DNA of 21,034 bases, taken from Octopus sinensis. Taxonomy: Eukaryota. This document shows, piece by piece, positions 20,742-21,034 of the stretch. Each line of letters begins with the position of its first letter. Position 1 is the first letter of the stretch. Under the pieces are notes generated by a model, which was not told the DNA's origin, made no database searches, and saw only the letters and a list, made by a program, of their open reading frames with translations. The position numbers and the translations under genes were made by a program. The stretch lies in contig NW_021823793.1 in the NCBI RefSeq assembly GCF_006345805.1, positions 1-21,034 of the forward strand, in the 5' to 3' direction.

Positions 20742-21034
20742 CAGTAAGGCCTCGATATACGAGCTAATTTGTTCTCAGAGACTGCTCGTAAAGCGAAAAC
20801 TCGTAAAGCAGAGGAATAATTTCCCATGGTATCAATGTTATAAATACTAATTCGTTCCCAGAAATTTTTTTTACCTATAAAATTTATAATACTCGTAAAT
20901 GAATCGCAATAAAACAGTAGAATGTAAAGAATATTTCATATAAAATAAAAAGAATATCAGGATCACTTATAATGACAAATATTATTATTATAATCGTTTT
21001 CTGAATCACTTTCATTCGCACTAGACTTGCACAC
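20742..21034 (+). mobile_element. Probable left end of a pogo/Tigger-type DNA transposon, running out of the window
   Basis: CAGTAAGGCCTCGATATACGAG..GCTCGTAAAGCGAAAACTCGTAAAGC..TTTCCCAT resembles (from memory) Tigger-like termini with repeated CTCGTA motifs. The upstream dinucleotide is CA rather than TA. Confidence 0.6.

Overview
This is repeat-saturated, AT-rich animal DNA with no recognisable host-gene exon. From memory, the SINE families look like those of octopod cephalopods (Octopus-like); this is an inference and no search was run. The window is a palimpsest of decayed mobile elements: two RLE-type (R4/Dong-like) non-LTR retrotransposon relics, one CR1/L2-group RT relic, a Tc1 and a mariner relic, a hAT non-autonomous element with an 8-bp TSD, a probable pogo/Tigger end and a Penelope-like relic. 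It also holds four tRNA-derived SINE families (labelled A-D here, about 17 copies or fragments) and many microsatellites. Most ORFs in the track are microsatellite translations. The most notable signals are: (i) three sequence-unrelated type I hammerhead-ribozyme-like motifs within about 1.9 kb (14215-16089), all with GUA cleavage triplets and palindromic helix III, the best one carrying an unusual extended helix II; (ii) a reconstructable 1.5-kb inversion (about 9871-11410) with inverted duplications at both breakpoints that splits one SINE and one Tc1; (iii) an RLE retroelement bounded on both sides by (TATG)n, a possible new microsatellite target; and (iv) several long fold-back elements. 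All coordinates, alignments and pairings were done by eye.
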